Of a stretch of DNA of 64,000 nucleotides, positions 12,333 to 26,181 are shown piece after piece (the first letter of the stretch is position 1; every line of letters starts with the position of its first letter). The stretch comes from Seison nebaliae (Eukaryota). Where the stretch lies: the NCBI GenBank assembly GCA_023231475.1, contig JALJEE010001847.1, forward strand, positions 1 to 64,000, written 5' to 3'. Below the pieces are notes generated by a model, which saw only the letters and a program-made list of their open reading frames with translations, did no database searches and was not told where the DNA came from. The position numbers and the translations under genes are program-made.

Positions 12333-13445
12333 ATGGCACCAAAGAAAAGGAAAGAGAAAGTACAAAAGAAACCTCGCGATTTAAATCGTTTGAAAAACAC
12401 AAAGAAGTTTAAACGTTGGGAGAAACGGATTGTTAATGGTAAACCTGGTAGAATGTGGTCGAATAGGAATATGCCTGGAATTGGACCACGTTACAACGAT
12501 CAACTAAAAAAGAACAACGTGAAGGATTTGGAAAGTATGGTAGAGAAATCGAGAATGGCTTCTAATCTTAATGGTTTCCTAGAAAAAAATATTGGAATGA
12601 GAGCGGATTACAGAGAAATTTGTCGACAAGCATTAGGTGATGTACCGAAAAATACGGATTTTTCGGAGAGTGGAAGTTTTAGATTGAAATCAATGGCGAG
12701 AACAAAAGACCCGAGTTTACAGAAACCGGGGACGAAGGCAACACTTTCCAAACCGAAGACGAAATCTGCTTCAAATAGAACCAGAAGTAAAAGCAAATCG
12801 TTAAAGACAAAAACGGTTACAATCAAATCACCAGCTAAAACCAAAACTAAATCAAAAACTAAAACTGCATCGAAATCGAGATCCAGAAGTAAAACGAAAT
12901 CAAAACCTAAAACTGCATCGAAATCGAGATCTAGGAGTCAAACGAAATCAAAACCTAAAACTGCATCGAAATCGAGATCCAGAAGTAAAACGAAATCAAA
13001 ACCTAAAACTGCATCGAAATCGAGGTCCAGAAGTCAAACGAAATCAAAACCTAAAACTGCATCGAAATCGAGATCTAGGAGTCAAACTAAATCAAAACCT
13101 AAAACTGCATCGAAATCGAGGTCCAGAAGTAAAACGAAATCAAAGCCTAAAACTGCATCGAAATCGAGATCTAGGAGTCAAACAAATTCAAAAAGAGGAA
13201 AACCATCAGAAAAGAGAACTCATTCGCATTCTGCAAGTAGTAAAAAAACCAAATCGAAATTAAGTAAGAAAACGGGTTCTAGGAAACGGACGACGAAAGG
13301 CACAGGTAGTACAGACATGAAAACGGCCAGAATGTGTTCCGAGTCCAGTAAAAATAGAAGAAACAATGAGGTTGTCATTACCATCAAAAATCCAGATCCC
13401 GGTTGTCCCAAGAAATTGGATTGTATATGTCAATCGCAATCCTGA
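12333..13445 (+). CDS. BAF-like domain plus protamine/H1-like basic tail protein, paralog 1
   Basis: Intronless ORF. N-terminal MPGIGPRYNDQL...FLEKNIGMRADYREICRQAL, very K/S/R/T-rich middle, C-terminal GCPKKLDCIC. Paralog at 42845. Confidence 0.8.
   Translation: MAPKKRKEKVQKKPRDLNRLKNTKKFKRWEKRIVNGKPGRMWSNRNMPGIGPRYNDQLKKNNVKDLESMVEKSRMASNLNGFLEKNIGMRADYREICRQALGDVPKNTDFSESGSFRLKSMARTKDPSLQKPGTKATLSKPKTKSASNRTRSKSKSLKTKTVTIKSPAKTKTKSKTKTASKSRSRSKTKSKPKTASKSRSRSQTKSKPKTASKSRSRSKTKSKPKTASKSRSRSQTKSKPKTASKSRSRSQTKSKPKTASKSRSRSKTKSKPKTASKSRSRSQTNSKRGKPSEKRTHSHSASSKKTKSKLSKKTGSRKRTTKGTGSTDMKTARMCSESSKNRRNNEVVITIKNPDPGCPKKLDCICQSQS
12843..13178 (+). repeat. Coding tandem repeat, 7 x 48 bp, encoding (K/Q)TKSKPKTASKSRSRS
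   Basis: Unit starts at 12843, 12891 and so on; differences are mostly synonymous. Confidence 0.95.
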
Positions 13446-15272
13446 AAATTTGGAACATTCTCGAACTAATTCAAATCATTCCCCAACAATCGAAATGTCC
13501 CAACAAAATTGTTTTCAGAGAAAGTCAGTCGTTTAATTCCAATTTCATTATAAAAATTTTTTATTTGTAAATCTTATTAGAGTTTTATCTCGATGAATTT
13601 CATTTCCAAAGAATTCTTTTTAGCATGCGAACTTTTATTTTTCTGATTATTTTGGAAATTTTTTAGAAAAAAAAATCATTTTCTTCATATTCCCAAAAAG
13701 ATTATCGAATAATTTGTTAAATTGAACTTAGCATATCGAATTGAGAGTGTGATGATATTGAACAGGTTAATGTACAAGAAGGAAGTGAAATATGAAGTTG
13801 GAGGAAGAATTGAATGGAAACTAATTAATTTCTCTCGAATAGATTGAGTGAAAGGAAATGGGGGAAAGTGTTAAACGACGAAACGATTTATATTTAGGCT
13901 GAAGTCGATAAATTTCTGAGTTTGCTTATGTGGAAAAGTTATCAGAATATGATAGTGTGATTAATAAAGCGAAATGAATATATTTGATTTCGATATCTGT
14001 CCAAAAGTTGTGATATAAGATGGAGGGGGAGAAGTGCTTTCTTTCGTGTGTATGTGGTTTAGTCGAGGCGTAGGTGGAATTGAGAGAACATATTAAATTA
14101 AAAAAGATAATGGCAAATTTTATTAAATTGGTTGAGCGAACGAATATAAATGAAATTCATCATCAGATACGAATGATGGTCGATTGATATGACATTGTCA
14201 TTTTAAAATGAAACGGAAAATGTCGAGTGACTATCCAAAATAAGTTTCAATGAATTTCCTTCAAGTTATTATGTAATGATTCTGATAAAGAGGAGGAAGA
14301 AGAGAAGAAATAAGAAAAGCAGAGGAGAATGATCTCTGACTTCTCATACTGACAATTCTCTGAAGAGTTCAGAGTGAGATGTGAATGTATAACGCGACAA
14401 CATCCTTTTATATGTCTTATAAACTTTCAATTATTATTTGATTGAAAGTGATTATGTAAAAACTATTTTTCTTTCTTCTCGTTAAAAACTTGAGATTTTT
14501 TAAAAAATAATAAAAAAAAATTTTAATTTCTTTTTTTAAAAATATATTTATTTATCTACATATATATGATAATGTTGTTGTTGTTGTTGTTTTACGTATT
14601 CATAAATTTTCTTTCGCTGTTGACATATTGAAGAGAATTACAAACAATTCCCTTTTTCTTCCACTGTCCATTGTTTGGAGGTCGAATTAACTCCTCCAGT
14701 TTTTTGATGAGTGAACATCATTCGAAATGTTGCCGATAAACATAATATTGTCGTATGTTACGTTTCCGTACTAATGATAAGAATTGGAAAAAATTCTAGA
14801 GGCAGAAAATAAGTCTTAATCCTTATCTTTCCAATTCCTTCACGAAACAACACCAGATTGTGGTACTGTATTATCCTTATAATACTTCTCCATTTTTTAC
14901 ACATACTCTTCATTTTCATTCATGTATCCCGATACGAACATTCACCAAATAGAGTCGACTATTGGAAACTGTGAAAATTCTAATAAGATTTAATTTCCCT
15001 TTTCAACCTAACTGACAAGTTGGTTTAATAAATAATTTTTTTTTCAAATTTTTTTCCTCAAATTTTATTTTGCTATTTTTTTTTTATTAAAATATTTTGA
15101 TAAAATTTCTTTCGATTATTTTTGATGAAATTGTTTTCGATTTTTTTTTATGACACTACATTTTCATTTAAAATAAGTATTTAGTATTTTCTTCAAAAAA
15201 ATTTTAATTTTCTTAAAAAGAGAATTGGAATTGCAGATTTTCATGAAATATCTCAAATGGGAATGACGAATA

Positions 15273-18200
15273 ATGATGAATGAAGACAGAAAGAATGATG
15301 ATTCGTTGAGAATGAAGAACATTGTAATAAAATGTTCAGAGAAAGGTTTCGGATTCACCGTCTCAGGAGCACAACCAGTACGTGTTGCCAAAGTTAAGTT
15401 AGACAGCGTTGCTCATGAGGCGGGTATGGTGGATGGTGATATTCTCATTCGAATTAACGGAACATCAGTAATCGATGCTTCACACGAACAAGTTGTACAG
15501 TTGATTAAATGTTGGAGTTTTTTTTGTTTAGGAATTTTCTGTGTAATCTTTTCAGCTTCCCAATATGTTCATTTGACTCTCGCCAATATTGTCAACAATG
15601 TTCCGTCAGGAAACTGCTCCGATAAGAAGACTGATAACGAGGGTGACGATAACAAGATGACGAGTGAACACCAATCACAAATGAAGAATATCGATGAGAA
15701 TGGAAATCATTCGAATTTGTTTGTAAATTTTTCTTCACTTCCTATTTCTTTCCGACTTTCCTCCTTTTCACGTAAATGATAAAATAATCATATTCCTTTC
15801 TTTCCTTCCTCTCCAATTGATAAAGATTTAATGAATAAGAATTAATATTAATAAGTTAAGTAGAAAGATTGGAGAAAAGAATTTTCTTCAATATTTTTCT
15901 TTTTTCGACGGTCAGACATCGAAAGAATTGAAATGTTCTCCGAATAAATTCAGATGGAGAATGGAAGAGTCGAATAGAAGTTTTTGAAAAAATAATTCAA
16001 ATAGTAAAATGATATTGTGAAAATGTTTAACGGTGGTGGAATATGTGAAATATGTTCCTCCTCCTTCAACTTATTTTTTTCTTATCAATTCTATTTTGTT
16101 GTTATTGTTATTGTTGTTGTTGTTGAGATGAGAGGAATGATAAGAGGATGTTATTATTGTCATCATTGACGTCGACATCGTCGTCCATTTTAACATATTT
16201 TCTTTCGATTAACTCAATTTCAATACTGGTAATTTTTTCACCTTTTTTTTTCTTTTTTTCCGGTTTTTAATGCATTCTTCTAACTGGTTAGACGAGATAT
16301 TAAAATGGAGGAGATGAATGATGAAATGAATGATGAGAATCATCTCTTTCAATCAACATCAACAACAACAACGACCAATACGACAACATCGTCAACATCG
16401 ATTTTGAGGAATTTGATGGAGAAGACACTGAACATTTTACAACGAACTCGTTCGGATAATGTTGATGACGCATCACAAACAATAACAACACAACTAAAGG
16501 AATTCATTCCACTTCCGTTGCCGATGGAAGTGGATGAAGATGAGCTACAGGTTAATTATATTTCTTGTTTTCCTTTAAACACATGTCAGAATGATGATTA
16601 CATATGAAATTGGATAATAATTATGAAGAGAAAGAATTATATGAACTTTATTCGTTCCATTTTATTCCACTCTATTTTTCCATTCAGTTATCCTCATTTT
16701 CATCCTCTATTCAATTGTGCGTGTAGTGACTGAATGAGTGAGTTGACTTAATGAGGAATCGAAATAATGGAATAGTAGCAGTAACATAAATAGTCATCGG
16801 TAATCGGTTAAAATGAATAGACGTAGAATAGACGGATGATATAAACAAATCTTTCAATTTTCCCATCCCTTCTGTCCTCCAAATCTGAGAACGATCTGAA
16901 AAGAAATGATGAATCAGATGAAAATTTCTTTCCAAATCACATTGATTTCATGAGAACGATAAGACGGTTTCCTCGATTTTTTAAAGATTAACGTCCATCC
17001 TCTCCATCATACTCATAATTTATGTAATTCATCTAGAAATTATATTAATGTGATCAATAATTGCTGTGTAGAACTTCCGTGAAATTAGAGAGAAGAGAAA
17101 CGGATCGGCTTGATTGATGATGTTGAGCGTTGTTGCCTGAAACACTCAAACACACAACGAACGTTATCGTTTCAGTTATTTTACTCAAATCCGATTTCAT
17201 GTCGATTTCTTCTTCAATTCTATTCCAATCACTTCTATTAATCGACATCATCTAACTCCATCAAACTACTTCACTTTACTCAATCTCAATTCAATAACAA
17301 CTAGTCACTTGTATAGTATTATGTATTAAAGGATTGTGTGTCCGATGGCACATTGAGAGAGAGAGAGAGAGAGAGAGAGAATAGATGTCGTTTCTTCTTC
17401 CAACCATTTGTCCGACAAACTGTTTTTAAATGAATTCAATTGAATTCCTCTTTTGCCAGTTCTGTAAGATTACATTTCTTATCAATTTCTTTTTTTTTAC
17501 TTGTCACTTCGTTTCCTCCTCTCTCCATCATGGAAGAATAATCATCATGATTCTTCATTCCTCTGACCGGAGATTTGAGAAGGGGGAAATGAAGAGGTGT
17601 AACGTTTTTGAAAGTAGAAGAAGAATGCAAGTCCATACGACCACTGGAACGGGAATTTAGAGAATTCTATTCGTATGTTGATGGGAAGGTTCCTTCCATT
17701 ATCTCTACTCTTCCCATATCTATATGGCCGTCATGATGGTTCCCTAGAAATTTAATTCCACCACAGTTCATTCGAACTTAACTGAAAGGTGAATGTTCAG
17801 TTGATGAGATAGTTTGTCAGTAAAATATTCTTCTTTCTCCCAAAACGAAATCACTTTCACTTTCCCTTCATGCGTCAAATCATCGTTCCTTCCATTATAA
17901 TCCGATCAACATCTAATATAATGATATTGAGAAAATCTTCATAAACTTCAACAATAATTTTGAATGTTCATTCAATCGTCTCGTTAAAAGGAAAATTTCC
18001 AATTTGAATTTTGAGGAAAAATTAAATCAAAAAATAGAGAAAAATTGCTGAGAATGGTAATGAAATAATTAATTAATATAATCTCTCTCAAAAGAATGGT
18101 AGTGGGCTGAGAGTGAGAGAAGGAGGTGTGCATTCTCCTTTCGACCGCCCTCCCTTCTTCAATTATCATTTTCAGATTGATACAAATGAAGACGGGAGAG

Positions 18201-21200
18201 ATGGGTGATGCAAAACTATTTGTTAAGTTCAGCTTGTCCTCTTAAGAGAAAGAATAATAATGATTACTTAGCAACGTCATCCTTGACGTGTGAGAAGAGA
18301 AAAGGAAAGAATTTGATGTGGTTGAAAGAAATAGAGAAATTTCTTCTAATTTTTCTGTCACTCATTATCCAATTGCCAATTGGAAGTAATCATCCATACG
18401 TTATTCCTACTATCTCAACTCCCACCAACGACTAGTGGCGAAGATATGATGATGTATGTCGATGTGTTTAAATGTGGAGGAGCATTTGAGTTATTAACAT
18501 TTCCATTCCATTCCATTCATATGGATACCATACGAACTCTGGTGAATTGTAGAACAATCATCGAATATCTGTTTCTTCCCGTAAGATATCTGTAGGTGGA
18601 TGGCGGAAGAAGCGAAAGATCAAGGTAGAATAAACGATGATGATGATGATCTCATTTCACTCCATTGCACATTCTTCTTGCACAATTCGCCCATTGTGGT
18701 TGTGTGCTTGTGTGTTGGTGTGTCTAAGAATGTTGGAGTGGAGCTCGCGATGTGAAGAGCAGTTTTATAGGAATGAGAAGAATGGATGGTTGAATGAATT
18801 TGAAAGAAATAATAATGATTCATTTGTACATCCACATTTGGCAGCGAAGAGTTCCATATGCAAACCTTCGAAGTCCGTGCACTCAATGTGCACCCAACAC
18901 GCATCTAAGGTGAATGAACGATAAATTTTCTTCTTCACTCAATTTAGATATGAGAATGCTTATTAGAGTTGAGTCGTAACCTATCAGATTCATTCCGTGT
19001 TCCTCTGCACAACATTATTCACTTTTAGCCCGTTAGACCTCCGGATTAATCGATCGGAATAAAATATCGCCATTCATTCACAACGCCACTGGCAATGGTG
19101 ATGATGAACGATGAAAGATCTGCTGTACTTTAGCTAAAAGTTCTTCTTTTTGTTCGATGTGGAAACGATGATGAAGGGGAAGATAGATGACTGGAACTGA
19201 AAGAGGAAGTTCTGGGAAGGACGATGGAAGAAAAAATGTTAAGCGATCACAGTTTCTATGTTACTCTAAGATAAACCTTTCACACGTACTATATATTAAT
19301 AATTGGCGTTCCTTCTCCGTCCCATCCGTCGCCACATCGATGCAACAATTAATCTTCCTTCTCAATTCTCGACCATTTATCATTGTTCCTCGACGTCTTC
19401 CCACGTCCACCTACTCCTCTCTTGATCACGTACGTCATCCCTATTACATCCTTTTTTCACAGTTTCCAATTTAACTAATCTCTCAACAACAACGTCGATA
19501 ATGTTTCGTTTGAGATGTGGGTGGGCGAAATGTGCGCGTTTTCGTGCGCTATTATGTAAGAATGTGTCGTTCAAACTCCCAGTTTATTTGTATGTGTGTA
19601 TGTGTGTATGTGTGTGTGTATGTGTGTGTGAGTGTGTGTGTGTGTCGAGAAGGATGAGAATGATAAATAAATTTAAAATGAAAATTCTCCAAATACATTT
19701 TTTGGAATAAAGAATTTTCTTCAGTTCAATTGACGTGGAAAAAGGAGTTGTTCGATTTGAAAGATTGATTCGTCGATAATCATTTATCATTTGGATGAAA
19801 TCAATTTCATTTTTCAATGTGTCTCCTCTTTCTTATTAGCCGTTCTCTGAAATAAGTGGAATTATTACGTCAATTTTCTTGATATCATCGATAATCCGTG
19901 AAAAATCATAAATTATTTCATTTTTTATTGTTTTGTTTTTTGATCATTTCATTCTTTTCTCTTTTCCATCCTCTCTTTCACAAACGAGGAAGAGGAAATG
20001 TTTGATGAAGTTCTCCAATTGTTCTTGGAATGATTATTGAGAATTGGGAGAATGTTAATGACGAGAATTTCTATCATTTGAACGATGTTAAAAAGAGTAA
20101 TTGATTTTTTGATGAAAATGTGATTATCGATATTTTATGAAATTTGCAAATAACTTTTTCTTTTATCTGGACAGAATGAGAAGTTGAAGAGAATGGAAGA
20201 AACGAATGAGAAGCAGCTGCAACTTCAGCAACAAATCGATTTATATTCAAAGTTTCTGTCAATAGCTTCTGACGAATACAAGGTTCTTTTTCCTTCTTTT
20301 TTTTCTTCCTTCCTTCCTTCTTTTTTCGTCACCAATTACACAACGGATTAATTCTCATTTCTTTTCTATAGAAGTTTCTACAACTTTATGAGAATGACCC
20401 AGATAATCCGATCAAACAGAAATTGTTGAAGGAAACCAAATTGAAAATGGACGAACTTGAGAATAATTTTAAGAAACATCTCGAACGTTTAAAGAAAACG
20501 AATTCTTCTTTAATTCATCCATCACAAACTATCACCACTCCCATCACAACTATCACAATACCAACATGTAGCACCATAACAACAACAACAACAACTAGTA
20601 ATACTAATACACCATTATCGTCAGATGGTGGAACAATTGTTGAGGATGTCAATATTAACACGACAACTATGACGACGACGAATACGACGACAATGATGAA
20701 TAATCAAGTTGATGAGAGTGGAGATCAAATGACACAATGTGAAGATGGTGAGGAGAGCTGTTCGAGAGAAGTGAAAGAAGAGACAATTCTATCGGATGAA
20801 ACAAAGAATATTTTGACGAAATGTTATTCATATTATGTCCGAAGATTTCTCACCGTTTCATATTCGGATGTCGATAAAATTTTACAAGATCCTACAGCTA
20901 CCGTTTATTTTTTTCTTTTTTTTATTACACAAGAACGTCAACCAATTCATCCAACATTCAACAATAACAATAACAATAATAATAATAGTAGTAATTCATC
21001 GTTGAATATTTTCGATTTCTTCTTTTATTATTTTACTCGTCATTGTTATAAGATGGCGGAGCGGAATAAAGATCTACCAAGATGGGCCTATGAAATATAT
21101 TCTTGTTTTCTTGACGTGAATTCAGTTTGTAGAGTATCATCGAAAATCCTGCATGTGGATCATGACGGAAAGGAAGTGGATTATCGAGATCTCAGCAAAT

Positions 21201-23563
21201 TAGTTTTGAGCGATATCTCAAAATTTGCAGCTCAATCTAACGATGCATCTTACACGTTCCAAATGAGAGAGTTGGCGAGGAATGTTCTTCGTCACGTCTT
21301 TGATCGAATCAACAAACGACTCAAATCTTTCCTCAACGACATCGTTCTCTCTCAATTTTATTTGTGGTTAGTACAAAATATTTTGAGTGGCATTCTCATT
21401 CCTCCGTGTGATAACGATGTCAATGAACAATTGTTACAATCGATTACGATCAATAATCATGAAACGAATCCACCATCCTCCACCATCACGACGGTGAGTG
21501 GTGATCCATCAGAAATAGGTAATTCTCATTCCAAATTAGATGTGGATTTAGAGGCAGATGAATTAGAGAAATCTCTCACTGTCGCCTCCTCCAACGAAAT
21601 GTATTATCAATCTATCATATCGAAAATTGGTCAAAGTGTCTCTAATTTGAATGAGACGAAAGCGAAGAACATTTATTTGATGAGAAGGAAAGATTTTCAA
21701 GCCATCTTCACCAACATGTTAGGTGATCGAATAACTATGTTGATGGGGATGAATTGTGCCGCTAATTATTGTTCTTCTCATACGAACGAGGATAATAAGG
21801 AAACCGTTCTCGATATCATCACTCCATATTCACTTTTTCTCTCATCATCATCTGCCGCTTCTTCTTCTTCTTCTTCCTCCGTTTACTTATCAACACTTGT
21901 CAAATCCACCACGCACACAATGGCAGCATTCGCTTCATCATCGCTAAAAAAACGAGCAAATGGTAAATCGTCGTCATCATCGTCTTCTTCTTCCTCTAAT
22001 CTCACTATGGATGATTGTCTCCAATTGTATTTGAGAAAACAATACAATCGAATTTGGCTCTGGTCCATTACCACCTTCTACAAGAGAATTATTCGCTTTC
22101 TACCTCCAAATAATATTCTCACATTAGATAACACTTCTCCATTCGTTCAACAAGTTCCATCATCTGAACTTCCCAAATCCTTCGACGAATTACCTAATCA
22201 TAAGAATTTGTTGTTTCAACGTCCTTCCTCCAAAATGTTCAATTATTTCGTACAACAATTACACACGTCAATGTTCCAAAGAAAACCATCGAATGACGAT
22301 TCATCCAAAGACAATAATTTATCGATGAAATCATCGAACAAATCGAAAAATATAAATCTCGCTCAAATGAGAACGGTGTCCGCTTTCTATCCAATTCTCT
22401 ATTTGGCCGAACCATCCACAAAATCATCCTCATTTAATTTGAATTTCTTAAAATCGAAAATCACTTCAACTGGTGGTGAATTGAACCGTTCATCTAAACA
22501 AACGATGGACATTCCCTCACATCTCATGACGATGAGAATTGCAGCAAATAATGTATCGTGTATGAATATTCCTTATCTTTTCTATTATGTGAGTGGTCGA
22601 GTGATGAGTGATGATCAATTGGATCGAGTTCTCACATTTGTAACGAAAGAAAAGAAATTGAGAACATCACTCACTTCAATGAAAGGAAAAAAAGTTTTCG
22701 GTCATTTCATCAGTGAACATTTCCCCACATATGGAGCTTTCTGTTCAGCTTGTTCTCATTTTATTTATGGAATTGGACCATCAATGTTATATTGTATCGA
22801 ATGTGACGGTCGATTTCATCGCGAATGTTTCTTCAACACTTTCAATCGATCTCTCCAATATAAACATGACTCTTTGTCTTCACTTCCATTATATGAGAAT
22901 GATGAACGATCGTTGACTCATCGAAAATCCAATTTACCACCATCGAAACATCAAGAGAAGAAGGCACGACGGAAAAAGACGTCGGTTGAAGGCTCTCGCA
23001 GTGAGAGTTGTGATAATGAAAAGAAATTTTTGAATTTGACACATTTCTCTACAACAAACACTACAACTGGAACGACGACATTAACCGCCACTAATTCCTC
23101 CACACGATTATCTGCAAATTCTCAGTTTTCAGCTTCGTCTCTCATCAAATCGCCATCGGGAATATTTCGTCCGTTTAATGACAGTAATGACAAATCGAAC
23201 GATAATGAACATTTCGACAGTTTCGACACGAGAAAACATCCGAATCGTGCACTCGCACAATTCAAAGACAGTCTGCCCACTCCCACCAATGACGTAGGAA
23301 GAGTTCTTCCTTGTCCCGCTCCCACCAAAATGTATACACAATATGTACACGACATGCAGACACGTTTGATGATGCATGAGAATGATGTGACACCGGTTAA
23401 TTTCCATCATCCTCATCCTCATCATAATCATCATCAGAATAATGGAACATCCCCAATTATGAGTGGAAAATATCGTTATATGTCGAGAAATGTGAAAAGT
23501 TCTGAGAAAAGATTTCTTAATGATTCATTGAATGATATGGATCGTAAAAATGATAATGAACAT

Positions 23564-23598
<35 letters not shown>

Positions 23599-25324
23599 AT
23601 ATAAATTATTTGATATTATTAATCCATTATCATTAATGTCATCAACATCCTCCACATCACCCACAATAACCACAACAACAACAACAACAACATTATCTTT
23701 TCCAATTTCATCATCAACAACAACGACAACATCAACATCATTGCTTGGGAATTATAAATCATCGAAAAGGTTTGTGATAAATTTCTATTTTAATTATATA
23801 ATTCAAATAAAATTTCAGTTCACAACAAAAGAAATTGATGAAGAATCAAATGGACTCAATGAATAATGAGATGAATATGAAACGAGAAAAGAAACGTCCA
23901 TCCAGTTTCAAAGAAGCGACGAAGACGAGTATGGAAGAAACGGCTCGTTCCATCTTTCCCAACATCGGCACCAAAAGAAATAAGGGAAAGGATTCGGATA
24001 GAAATCGAAGGTCATTTTTCTCATTCTTTTATTGATTTTATGAAAAATTTGATTTGTTTTAGTAATCCTGAATCGGATAGTATTTCAACTGCTAAATCCA
24101 TTCTAAAAAAAGATTCCGATAAGTTTTCTCTTATTCTTTTTAGTCTCTCTTTTTTTTTTAATATATCAAATAAATATTTCTTCTATTCTCTAGTCTCTAT
24201 CAATATCATTCATCCAATAATGACGTGAAAGATTCGGAGATGACTGAACGACATCGAATCGATTCAATTATTCAATTAATTTGTAATGATTCTTGGATTG
24301 AGGAGCATGGAGATACGGTGAGAGATATTCCTGTATGTCTTCCATCAATCGAGACGTTAATCTTACCGGAAATTTTGGAGAATTTCCCTCACGAAGAAAT
24401 CCGTCGTCAGAACATAATAAATGGTTTTCTTCCATTTTACTTATAAAATTCTTATTGAGATTTATTTAGAATTGATTTATACTGAACAACGACATTTACG
24501 GTCGTTGAAGATACTTTATTATCATTTCGCAGAACCATTAAAATCGATATTGACGAACGATGAAATGAACATGTTATTTCCTGCGTTGCCTGATCTAATT
24601 ATGTTGCACAGTTAGAATGTTTTCATCAATTCTTATTCGTCAATTATTTTTTAAGCGGATTTCTTGAAAAAGATGATGGAACGACGAAAAAGTGATGGTT
24701 ATGTGAAGAGAATTGCTGATCTCTTTCTCGAATTATTTGGAAGAGGTGAAGAAAATCAATTCGCTTTGGCTTGTGAACGATTCTGTGAAGATTGTTCGGC
24801 CGCTCTCCAGATGTTACGTTTTATTACCACTAACAACTATTTGGCTGAGTTATGTATTCGAGAGCAAGAGGAACATCCAATTTGTCAACGATTGAAATTG
24901 AAAGATACGTTCACGATAGAAATGCAACGACTTACTCGATATCCATTATTGTTGAAAGAATTGATAAAACGAACAGATAATGAAGAAGAATTAGAAGATG
25001 AACGTCGTGCATTAACAGCAGCAGGAAATCTATTGGCGAAAGTGAACACAAAAGCGAAAGAACGAACACTTCAACGAGTTCTCCAACACGTTCTATCCAG
25101 ATGTCGATCAGCACCACATTTACTTAACTTTTGTGATAAGGATATCCATCAACATTGGAAATGTCTCCCAACACTTATGGCATCACAAAAACAATTATTA
25201 TATGAAGGAAAATTAATTTGGAGAATTAAATCTCTCGTTCCATCAACTCGTCAAAATTCCGGTGGAACAAATTCGAGCGGTAAACAACATTATGAATTAC
25301 TTCATAATTTATCATCCTCCGCTC

Positions 25325-25359
<35 letters not shown>

Positions 25360-26149
25360 CGTCAACAACGATCGATATTAAATTTACAAAATTCGATCGA
25401 TATTAATGAACAACAATGTTTCGGTTGTAATGAGAATGGACAAGTTATCGATTCATCAAATATTCCATCAGCATTCTCCATCATATCATCATCATCATCA
25501 TCATCATCATCAACAAACACAACAACAATAATATCATCAACATCAACATCAGCATTTATTACAACCATATCAACAAAAATGACACCGATGACGATGACAA
25601 CTACGATAATACCATCATTAACAACAACAACAACAACAGCAGCAGCACCAACAACAACGATGACATTGAAAGAGAATATGAATTTTAATCGACGAGAAAC
25701 TGAGACTCATATTTCGTCGGTAGGTTCGATCGTTTCGATGAGTAATAAATTCCGTTCACATTTGGTTGATCGTGCCGATACGATTAGTAGTGTATCATCG
25801 AAAGAAGTGAAACAGATGAAGGATAAGCATTCCAACATTTTCGGTATGGGAAGTGATAGTGATGGAAGTGGGAATTTGTTGACAGGCATCTCTCCACCTG
25901 AATCCACCGTCAACAAAGATGTTCGTCTTCTTTTATTTAATGATTTTATGGTTGCTTTAGAAATCATCGAAACTGATGGTTCATCATTTCCTGCATATAA
26001 CGACGAACGACAACAATCCATCATTAATCATTCAGTTTCCACTAACATCTCTTCAAATCATCCAACAACAACAACAATAACAACTACTAATACAATATCA
26101 TCATTATCTTCATTAACATCATCATCATCATCATCATCATCAACAACAT

Positions 26150-26181
<32 letters not shown>

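Noticed and set aside
12333..13445. Ordinary histone H1 call
   Set aside because: No H1 winged-helix signature (e.g. GASGSF wing) in the shared domain; the conserved residues fit an HhH/BAF pattern better.
16610..20170. Many 60-95 aa ORFs inside the long RhoGEF intron
   Set aside because: No motifs and no coherent exon chain; several derive from microsatellites.
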